DNA from: Deltaproteobacteria bacterium
GTDB taxonomy: Bacteria; Desulfobacterota; GWC2-55-46; S146-80
Reading direction: 5' to 3'
NCBI GenBank assembly: GCA_015492305.1
Contig: WGFJ01000023.1
Location: 1 to 48,831 of the forward strand
Length of the DNA: 48,831 bases
Position 1 is the stretch's first letter; every line of letters starts with the position of its first letter. This document shows positions 23,583 through 31,672 of the stretch, piece by piece. The notes beneath the pieces are model-generated. The model was given only the letters and a program-made list of their open reading frames with translations, did no database searches and had not been told where the DNA came from. A program made the position numbers and the translations under genes.

Positions 23583-26500
23583 TTATTTAACAAAAGGAGA
23601 GGGTTTCCCTTTCGGAACAAAAGCACATTTACTGCAATATTCTAATTGTCTTTGACATGCTTCTATATTTCTAAAACATTCATTAAAGAGCTCTCTACTA
23701 GTTATAATGTTATTATTTTTGATACATTTCTCTTCTTTACACTTTAACCCCTGTTTAGCACATTCTCTCATATAATAGAAACATTTTGCACAGTCTAAAA
23801 TCCAAAATAACCCCTCTGGATCGACTCGATTAATAGGATTATTCCCCACATACACATAAGGATTCAAACTCTGTGGATTCAGCATCAAGGAGGCAAAAGA
23901 AGGACTTATATTATTTACTGTCCCACACCCCCCACAACAGGCCTTCCTCACACTCTCAGGATGGAGTATGGGATCAAAGGATATAAATCTCCCCACCTCT
24001 GGATCATAATACCTTGCCCTGTAGTAGTAGAGGCCAATCTCCTTATCCCATTCCCTTCCTGTAAAGGTATAGGGCTGTTTAACCTTATGTCCTCTGTGCT
24101 TCATATTACCAAAGGAATCGTATTCGTATCTCTGCACTATTCTGCCTTTATAATCAGTCAGGGCAGTGATACTTCCAAGGCCATCGGCATGGTAGTAATA
24201 CACCCTGCCTTTCTGCTCTATTGCTAATGGCTCATCTACTCCCGGGCCATGTAGGTATTTGATAACATATTGAGAGTCCCTGTCTTTGTGATGTTTATTA
24301 TGTCTTCTACCCTGGTGGCCATGGTGACCTTCCCCTTCTTCATGCCCTGAGATGCTTACATACTCAAGAATAATATCCTCATTGTCATATACATAGGTGT
24401 GGGTCTTAACTTCTTTAACTTCTCCATCTTCTATATCTTCAATCTCCTTCTCTATCCTCCTTCCAAATGGATCATACTTGAATGTAACAACCCTGATCTC
24501 ATCTTCTTCCTCTTTGACTACCTTGATTAACCTGTTCTCATAATCATAGCTATAAGTCCATATCTTCTCCTCTCCGTCATCATCAACCTCTGTCTTCCTT
24601 ATGAGATTTCCGTTTCTGTCATACTCATACAGGTACTCTCTGTCCTCTGTCAACTGATTGCCCTGGTTGTAAAAATAGTAATCCTTAGACCTTGGCCCTG
24701 TGAGCCTGTTGCCAACCGGGTCGTAGGTGAATACTTCTGCCTTCCCCTCCTTTTCTTTCTCCTTCTTGCCCTTCAACTCCACAGGCAGGGACTGTAAGAG
24801 CCTGTAGATAGCATCATAGGCATAGTCGTATCTCTTATCATCTTCAGTCTTACTCAATCTATTCCCTACCCTGTCATAGGTGTAACTGTATGAAATCACC
24901 TGAGAGAGTATCTCTAAAAGCCTTCCTGATTGGTCATAGTTGTATGTGGTGGTTATACCATTTGGATATGTGAGGGATGTCCTCCTGCCAGAGGCATCGT
25001 AACTGAAACCAAAGCTCCCCATATCAGAGTTTATCTGACTAAGCCTGTTGCCTGCATCATAACTGTAGTTTATTACCCTTCCTTCAGGGGTGGTCATCTT
25101 GATCCTGTTTCCTGTGGCATCGTATTCATAGGTTATGGTGTTGCCCCTGGAGTCTGTTACTGTCTTCAGCCTGCCAGTGGCATCATAGGTGAAGGTGTAG
25201 GTGATGTGCTCGTTGCCTGCTGTGATTATATTACCCCTCGCATCATAAGTAAAGGTTGTGGATGTGCCATCTGGATAGGTCTTTTTGATGAGTCTGTTAA
25301 GACTGTCATACCTATAGGTTATGGTGTTTCCTTCTGCATCTGTTTTTGATATGAGGTTTCCTTTTGCATCGTAGGTGTAGGTGGTGGTGTTTCCAAGTGG
25401 GTCTGTTTCTTTTACGAGCCTTCCAAGGATGTCGTATTGATAGGTTGTGGTGTTACCACTGGCATCTGTTATGGATGTGAGCCTGCTACCTCCACCCCCA
25501 CATGATGGACAGCTACTTCCATAGGTGTAGGTGGTTATATTGCCAAGGGCATCTGTTACTTTTATGAGGTTGCCTTCATGGTCATACTCAAAGTAGGTGG
25601 TGTTTCCATTGGCATCGGTTATACTGGTCCTGTTTCCCCTTGCATCGTAGGTGTAGGTGGTGGTGTTTCCACTGGGGTCCGTTACCTTTATGAGCTGGTT
25701 GAGGTTGTTGTATTGAAAGGTCGTTTTTGCTCCTGTTGGGTCTGTGATAGAGAGGAGGTTGCCTACTTGGTCGTATTCAAAGGTGGTGGTGTTACCAGAT
25801 GGGTCTGTTATGGAGGTGATGTTTCCGTATTGATCGTATCCAAAGAGGGTGGTGTTGCCTCTGGGATCGGTTATCTTTACGATGTTTCCCCTCACGTCAT
25901 ACTCATAGGTTGTTACCGCCCCTGTTGGGTCTTTTATAGATGTAAGGTTTCCCCTTTCATCGTAGGTGTATGTGGTTATGTTACCTTCTGGATCTGTTAC
26001 ACTGGTTATCTGTCCATACTGGTTGTAGGTGTAGGTGGTGGTGTTTCCCTGAGGATCTGTAACGGTGAGGAGGTTGCCCTGCTCATCGTATGTATAGGTG
26101 GTTGTGTTGCCAAGGGGATCTGTCTCTGAAAGTAAGTTCCTGTTCTCATCGTAAGTATAGGTGGTTGTATTACCCTGAGGGTCTGTTACCTCGGTGATTA
26201 CATTAAGGGCAGGGTCGTATGTGTACCTCCATATACTCCCATCCCTTTCTGTTACTGTGACAGTGTTATTTACCTGATCATAGTCTATGGTCTTTGTACC
26301 TGATGGATTGGTGGAGGTGATGACCCTTCCCTCACTGTCATAGGTGTAGGTGGTATTGCCCGAAGGGTCTGTCTTTGAGATGAGCCTGCCCCTATCATCA
26401 TAGGTGTACCGATAGGTGTTGCCACCAGGATCGGTTACGGTGATAAGATAGCCCTCTTCACTATAGTGAAGCCTTGTAACCCTGCCCAGAGGATCGGTTA

Positions 26501-27659
26501 TCTCTGTGAGCCTCCCCTCCTCATCGTAACCAAAGGTCACTCTCCTCCCATAGGGATCTGTAACCCTGGTAAGCTTATCACCTGTGTAGCCAAGGGAGGT
26601 TATGTTGTTGTTCCTGTCTATGATCTCAAGGAGCCTGCCACTGGTAAGGTCAAAGTAGTAGACGGTACCTTCCTTGCGGATAAGCTGGTAGTACCCACCT
26701 TCTATGAGGATATAGGAGTGATCCCCTGTGGATGGGTCTGGACGGTAGGTACCTGCACCATCATCTCTGAAGTAGACCCTCCTGCCATCCCCTTCAATGA
26801 GAAGAAGGGTGCCATCAGAAGGCCTGAGAAGGACCATATTATAGGTATGGGTCCAGCCCCTGCCAAGGACTCCTATACGGGTGTCAAGGCTGTTGTAGGA
26901 AAGGGTAAAGGATAGCGTGTCTGTGGTTATGATCTCATGGGAGTGGTAGAGATTGCCCGTTGCAAACCCTGCCATTGAACCCATGTCCGTGCCTGTACAT
27001 GTGGAACCGAGACATGTCTCATCCGTCTCTCCACTACAGTTGTTGTCCTTACCATCGCATATCTCCTGTGCTCCAGGATTTATGGAAGGGTCTGTATCGT
27101 TACAGTCATTGCCCTCCGGACAGCTTACAGGGTCGTATGCAGGATAACCATCACCATCAGCGTCTTTACAACCCTTCTTGCATCCATTAACAATTATAGA
27201 CTCAGCATCATAGCTGGTACAACAACTCACAGCACATAAAGCTGTACAGCAAAAAGCCTGGCCATTAATCCGTATCTCTGCTTCTTCCCTATCGCCTATA
27301 TCTATAAAAAATTTCTTTCTCAGCAAAACATTATATACTATACCCCCCTGAGGCTCCTCCTTCCTCTCCAGAGTCTCTTCCCAGATGACGTATCCACCAT
27401 AAGCATTTAACCTCAGTGCTGGATTAGGATACCAGTAGTGACACTCCAGAGATCCTGCAAGGACAGCTTCCACTTCGTATACACATTTCCCAGGATAATC
27501 CTCAGATCTAACAATACTACTAACACTCACCTCTATTCCCGCAGATACCCCTGCAGGAAGAGATAGGAGGAAGAAAATAGCAAAGAGATAGGCCCAGGAT
27601 AACCTATAATGCCTCCCTTCCATTGCCCTGAAAGGCACATACAGCAAATCACATGCCAT
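23583..27659 (-). CDS. RHS/YD-repeat polymorphic toxin with signal peptide
   Basis: 1358 aa with dozens of YD repeats (TDPxGNTTTYTYDxxGN). The core ends RARYYDPEVGRFISFDP...NNPINRVDPEGL. The N-terminal signal is ...FAIFFLLSLPAGVSA. A MopE-like DADGDGY...CDGKDNNCSGETDE module sits at 27015-27164. The start may be ATG 27623 instead. Confidence 0.9.
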   Translation of the reverse strand: MACDLLYVPFRAMEGRHYRLSWAYLFAIFFLLSLPAGVSAGIEVSVSSIVRSEDYPGKCVYEVEAVLAGSLECHYWYPNPALRLNAYGGYVIWEETLERKEEPQGGIVYNVLLRKKFFIDIGDREEAEIRINGQAFCCTALCAVSCCTSYDAESIIVNGCKKGCKDADGDGYPAYDPVSCPEGNDCNDTDPSINPGAQEICDGKDNNCSGETDETCLGSTCTGTDMGSMAGFATGNLYHSHEIITTDTLSFTLSYNSLDTRIGVLGRGWTHTYNMVLLRPSDGTLLLIEGDGRRVYFRDDGAGTYRPDPSTGDHSYILIEGGYYQLIRKEGTVYYFDLTSGRLLEIIDRNNNITSLGYTGDKLTRVTDPYGRRVTFGYDEEGRLTEITDPLGRVTRLHYSEEGYLITVTDPGGNTYRYTYDDRGRLISKTDPSGNTTYTYDSEGRVITSTNPSGTKTIDYDQVNNTVTVTERDGSIWRYTYDPALNVITEVTDPQGNTTTYTYDENRNLLSETDPLGNTTTYTYDEQGNLLTVTDPQGNTTTYTYNQYGQITSVTDPEGNITTYTYDERGNLTSIKDPTGAVTTYEYDVRGNIVKITDPRGNTTLFGYDQYGNITSITDPSGNTTTFEYDQVGNLLSITDPTGAKTTFQYNNLNQLIKVTDPSGNTTTYTYDARGNRTSITDANGNTTYFEYDHEGNLIKVTDALGNITTYTYGSSCPSCGGGGSRLTSITDASGNTTTYQYDILGRLVKETDPLGNTTTYTYDAKGNLISKTDAEGNTITYRYDSLNRLIKKTYPDGTSTTFTYDARGNIITAGNEHITYTFTYDATGRLKTVTDSRGNTITYEYDATGNRIKMTTPEGRVINYSYDAGNRLSQINSDMGSFGFSYDASGRRTSLTYPNGITTTYNYDQSGRLLEILSQVISYSYTYDRVGNRLSKTEDDKRYDYAYDAIYRLLQSLPVELKGKKEKEKEGKAEVFTYDPVGNRLTGPRSKDYYFYNQGNQLTEDREYLYEYDRNGNLIRKTEVDDDGEEKIWTYSYDYENRLIKVVKEEEDEIRVVTFKYDPFGRRIEKEIEDIEDGEVKEVKTHTYVYDNEDIILEYVSISGHEEGEGHHGHQGRRHNKHHKDRDSQYVIKYLHGPGVDEPLAIEQKGRVYYYHADGLGSITALTDYKGRIVQRYEYDSFGNMKHRGHKVKQPYTFTGREWDKEIGLYYYRARYYDPEVGRFISFDPILHPESVRKACCGGCGTVNNISPSFASLMLNPQSLNPYVYVGNNPINRVDPEGLFWILDCAKCFYYMRECAKQGLKCKEEKCIKNNNIITSRELFNECFRNIEACQRQLEYCSKCAFVPKGKPSPFVK

Positions 27660-28032
27660 ACCTAAGATAGAGAGGAGCCATACTACTGATAGAAAAGCCT
27701 AAGAATAATCGATCAAAACTTTCACCAGGACGAACAGAATTTTGGGTCCCATCTCTCGAATACTCGGCGACCTCCTCCAGAACAAGAATATAAACATGTG
27801 CATCGTAATGGAGACTCACAAAGAACTCTAAGATCTATGCTGGATCTGTAAGAGTGCACATAATTGTGTGCATATGCACAGAAGCATAAACAATAGGGTG
27901 ACAGGTTGTGTCTTATTGAAATGTGTCTGGGACTGGCCGCGTCAAGAACTTTAGGTAAACCTGATCGTGGATGAACTGAAAAGTCGAGGCGTTGAACTAC
28001 CCTGAGAGATTCTATTCCATAGGGGCTTTGTT

Positions 28033-29427
28033 TCAGGTCTTCAGGTCCCGGAGGATGTCTTCCACCTCTCCTGGGGTGAGGAGACCCTGTTCGAGGAGGA
28101 TCCTCCCTATCAACCTGTGCTTTCCGGTGTGAAGGTTTTCATCAAGCTGGATATCAAGGGCCTTCAGGACATCCTCTTTTGAGACATAGCCCTTTCTTAC
28201 AGCCACCTGCCCGAACCTCTTATTGCTGCTTATAAGGCCTTCACGGTTGCCCTTCCAGTAGAGGCCCCAGAGATAGCTCTTCTGTGTGGAAAATAGGAGG
28301 GCCTGCCTCCTTACCTCTGTCTCTACAAACCTTATGTTGTACTTCCATGTGGAATAATCGAAGGAGATGCTTCTTGCAAGGTAGAGTGGCTTGAGGGCAT
28401 TGATTATCCGCTTCCTTTCCCCTTCCTCTTGATCATAGGTGTAAAGGAGGGTGTAGAAGAGCTGGGTCCAGAGGAGGAGGTCCAGGTCGTAGTAGTCCAT
28501 CTCGATCATCTCCTGGATGCGCACAAAGGAGTAGGGATCGAGGAGTTCCTTCAGGGTTTCCTTGTTTTCCTCAAAGGACTCGTGGCACTTCCTCTTGAGA
28601 TCCCGTATATCTATGGATAGTTCCTGAGGTTCTTCCAGCCTCTTCTCCCCTGAAGATGGTGGTATCACTATGTCTTCAACGGTCTTGTTGATCCATTTAT
28701 CCTTGTGATCCATGAGGAGGGTGAAGAGGGTGTCTACAACCTCTTCAAACATCTGGCCAAGCTTTGGGGCACTTGCCTTGTGGACCTTGGAGCCCAGATA
28801 GACCTGCCCCACCTTGAACCCTCCAAGGACCGCACTCACTGTCATGAATATGTCTATACCGTATCTGTAAAAGGATCCCTTCCACTCTCGGGAGAGCCAG
28901 TATTTGATCATGGCAGGACTGAAGGCGAACTCCCCTCCTATGGGTTGTCTTATATCCGTTGAGAGGAGGCCAAAGACAACAGGGTAGCAGATGTGGTTGG
29001 TAAGGGTCCCGTCGAACTGATGCCTTGTGTAAAGAGGGGTTACGAAGTCACGACCATCGTTGAGTACGGGTGAGGCAAGGTCTCTCACCCATTCGGGTGT
29101 GATCGATTGTATGTCCCCATCTATAACTGCAACAGCCTTTGCCCCTTTCTCAAGGGCAAGGGTAAAGAGGTTCCTTAGGTTGTAGCCCTTTCCCTTTACA
29201 CCCTCAGGGGTGGAGATGTATTCCTTTTTGTGCTTTGTCTCGATAGAGAGGAAGGCCTCTTTCGTGTTGTCAGGGCTGTTGTTGTCCACATTTACGATGA
29301 GGCTCTTAAGATGGGGGAAATACCTTTCAAGACCACAATCAACAGCCCTTACCACCCCTCCGATTGTGTCGGCTTCGTTGTAAGAGGGGATCCCAACGAT
29401 AAGATCAACACTGGACATGATAGCCAT
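28033..29427 (-). CDS. GT-A (family-2-like) glycosyltransferase with MshEN-like C-terminal domain
   Basis: The real start is MAIMSSVDLIVGIPSYNEADTIGG (ATG 29427), with VAVIDGDIQS as the DxD motif. The C-terminal 61 aa are RFGQVAVRKGYVSKEDVLKALDIQ...RLIGRILLEQGLLTPGEVEDIL. The 843-aa track ORF is an artefactual 5' extension antisense to ubiD. Confidence 0.8.
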   Translation of the reverse strand: MAIMSSVDLIVGIPSYNEADTIGGVVRAVDCGLERYFPHLKSLIVNVDNNSPDNTKEAFLSIETKHKKEYISTPEGVKGKGYNLRNLFTLALEKGAKAVAVIDGDIQSITPEWVRDLASPVLNDGRDFVTPLYTRHQFDGTLTNHICYPVVFGLLSTDIRQPIGGEFAFSPAMIKYWLSREWKGSFYRYGIDIFMTVSAVLGGFKVGQVYLGSKVHKASAPKLGQMFEEVVDTLFTLLMDHKDKWINKTVEDIVIPPSSGEKRLEEPQELSIDIRDLKRKCHESFEENKETLKELLDPYSFVRIQEMIEMDYYDLDLLLWTQLFYTLLYTYDQEEGERKRIINALKPLYLARSISFDYSTWKYNIRFVETEVRRQALLFSTQKSYLWGLYWKGNREGLISSNKRFGQVAVRKGYVSKEDVLKALDIQLDENLHTGKHRLIGRILLEQGLLTPGEVEDILRDLKT

Positions 29428-29541
29428 ATATACCAGATAGGTTTGAGGGGAGTCAACAACTGGATTGCCCTTTCCTGAACTTGAAAAGAAGGGGGAAATG
29501 GAATAAGATAGAACTTCTTTAAAGAATGGTGAAGGGTATCT

Positions 29542-30996
29542 ATGGCCTTTAAAGACCTCAGAGACTTCCTTTCCTTCCTCGAAAGGCGGGGCGCCTTGAA
29601 AAGGGTGAAGGTGGAGGTGGATCCGTGCCTCGAGATAGCCGAGATCCTCGACAGACTCGTAAAGACCAGGGGTCCTGCTGTGGTATTTGAGAGGGTGAAG
29701 GGCCACAGCCTCCCTGTGGTTGGCAACCTTTTCGGGACAGAGGAGAGGGTTGCATGGGGCCTCGGGGTTGAGGAGGAGGAACTCCTTGAAGTGGGAAGGC
29801 TCATAGCCCACCTCCAGAGACCGGAACCGCCAAAGGGCATCTTCGATGCCATAAGGAAACTGCCCACCTTCAAGCAGATCCTCAATCTCTCCCCAAAGGT
29901 GGTGAAGGGTGGTCCATGTCAGGATGTGGTCCTGGAGGGCCCTGATGTGGATCTCGGGGCCCTTCCCATCATAAAGTGCTGGCCAGGGGATGTGGCCCCC
30001 CTCATAACATGGCCCCTTGTGATAACAAGGGCACCGGATGGAGGACCTTTCAATGTTGGTGTATACAGGATGCAACCCATAGGGAAGGACAGGGTCATCA
30101 TGAGGTGGCTCAAGCACAGGGATGGGGCAAGGCATGAGAGGCTCTGGAAGGCCGAGGGAAGGCCCATGCCTGTTGCAGTGGCCATCGGGTGTGACCCTGC
30201 CACCATAATAGCAGCGGTAACCCCTGTTCCTGAAAGCCTTGGAGAGTTTGCCTTTGCAGGGATACTGAGAAAGAGGCCTGTTGACCTTGTAAGGTGCAGG
30301 ACCATAGACCTCATGGCACCGGCCCATGCGGAGATAGTCATCGAGGGGGAGATAGACCACAAGGAACAGGCAATGGAAGGTCCATACGGGGATCACACGG
30401 GTTACTACAACCCACCAGAACCCTTCCCTGTCATGAAGGTAAAGGCCATAACCCACAGGAAGGACCCCTACTACCTTACAACCATAACAGGCCGTCCCCC
30501 GAAGGAAGATGCCATCATTGCACTCTGCCTTAACAGGATCTTCCTCCCAACCCTGAAGCTCCACTTCCCGGAGGTGGTGGACTTCAGCCTACCCATGGAG
30601 GCCATTTCATACAGGATCGCTGTTGTCTCCATCAAGAAGCAGTATCCAGGGCATGCCAGGAGACTCATGATGGGGATATGGGGGATGTTGAGGCAGTTCC
30701 TCTACGTGAAGTACATCATCGTTGTTGATGATGACATAGATGTCCATAACTGGGGTGATGTGATATGGGCCATAGCAACAAGGGTCGATCCAAAGAGGGA
30801 TGTAACGATCGTGGAGAACACCCCTGTGGACTATCTTGATTTCTCCTCCCCCTTGCCTGAGCTTGGCTCCAAGATGGGTATAGATGCGACCATGAAGTAT
30901 CCTCCAGAGGTGAACAGGGAATGGGGGGAGAAGATAGAGATGGATAAGGAGATCATCGACCTCGTTGACAGGAGATGGAGGGATTATGGCCTCTGA
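29542..30996 (+). CDS. ubiD: UbiD-family (prenylated-FMN) decarboxylase
   Basis: 484 aa. MAFKDLRDFLSFLERRGALKRVKVEVDPCLEIAEI..RGPAVVFERVKG..PVVGNLFG is a typical UbiD N-terminus. A candidate promoter is TTGAAA-N17-TAAGAT at 29481-29509. Confidence 0.85.
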   Translation: MAFKDLRDFLSFLERRGALKRVKVEVDPCLEIAEILDRLVKTRGPAVVFERVKGHSLPVVGNLFGTEERVAWGLGVEEEELLEVGRLIAHLQRPEPPKGIFDAIRKLPTFKQILNLSPKVVKGGPCQDVVLEGPDVDLGALPIIKCWPGDVAPLITWPLVITRAPDGGPFNVGVYRMQPIGKDRVIMRWLKHRDGARHERLWKAEGRPMPVAVAIGCDPATIIAAVTPVPESLGEFAFAGILRKRPVDLVRCRTIDLMAPAHAEIVIEGEIDHKEQAMEGPYGDHTGYYNPPEPFPVMKVKAITHRKDPYYLTTITGRPPKEDAIIALCLNRIFLPTLKLHFPEVVDFSLPMEAISYRIAVVSIKKQYPGHARRLMMGIWGMLRQFLYVKYIIVVDDDIDVHNWGDVIWAIATRVDPKRDVTIVENTPVDYLDFSSPLPELGSKMGIDATMKYPPEVNREWGEKIEMDKEIIDLVDRRWRDYGL

Positions 30997-31672
30997 AACC
31001 TCTCCCTTTGATGCACACCATGGAGAGTGGTGGGACCCAAGGGGAAGATTCCTCTCCCTTCACATGATAAACTCCTTGAGGTTTCAATACTTCAAGGACA
31101 GGGTGGGTCCTCTTGAGGGGAAGACCATCCTTGATATAGGGTGTGGTGGGGGTCTTCTCTCAGAGGAGTTTGCAAAGAGTGGCGGAGTGGTGACAGGGAT
31201 AGACCTTTCAGAGAACGCCATAAGGGCCGCAAGGGAGCATGCAGAGGCCTCTGGCCTTGCCATAGATTACCGTCTTGCCACTGTTGAAGACCTTGTGAAG
31301 GAGGGTAGAGCCTCCTATGACATAGTGGTGTGTGCGGAGATCCTTGAGCATGTAGAGGATCTTGAGGGCTTTTTGAGGGATGCGACATCCCTTATAAAAA
31401 AAGGCGGCTACTTCCTCTTTACCACCGTGAACAGGACATGGCTTTCAAAGATACTGGTCATATACCTTGCCGAGAGGATCCTCAGGATCATACCCAGAGG
31501 GGCCCACAGGTATGAGATGTTCGTGAGACCGAGCACCCTTGTGAAGATCCTTAAGAGATACGGTGTCTCTGTGAGGGAGATAAAGGGCATGACCTTCGAT
31601 CCCTTGAGGCTTTCCTTCAGGCTCTCCAGTGACACGCAGGTCAACTACCTTGGATACGGGGTAAAGGAATGA
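30986..31672 (+). CDS. ubiG: UbiG-like SAM-dependent O-methyltransferase
   Basis: WWDPRGRFLSLHMINSLRFQY and ILDIGCGGGLLSEEFAKSG (SAM motif I). ATG 30986 with a GGAG-rich RBS is preferred over the track start at 30965. Confidence 0.8.
   Translation: MASETSPFDAHHGEWWDPRGRFLSLHMINSLRFQYFKDRVGPLEGKTILDIGCGGGLLSEEFAKSGGVVTGIDLSENAIRAAREHAEASGLAIDYRLATVEDLVKEGRASYDIVVCAEILEHVEDLEGFLRDATSLIKKGGYFLFTTVNRTWLSKILVIYLAERILRIIPRGAHRYEMFVRPSTLVKILKRYGVSVREIKGMTFDPLRLSFRLSSDTQVNYLGYGVKE

Noticed and set aside
28033-30564. An 843-aa minus-strand ORF that would make a giant glycosyltransferase
   Set aside because: Its first ~379 codons are antisense to the well-supported ubiD gene and have Pro/Cys/His-rich nonsense composition. 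The recognisable protein begins at MAIMSSVDLIVGIPSYNE (ATG 29427).
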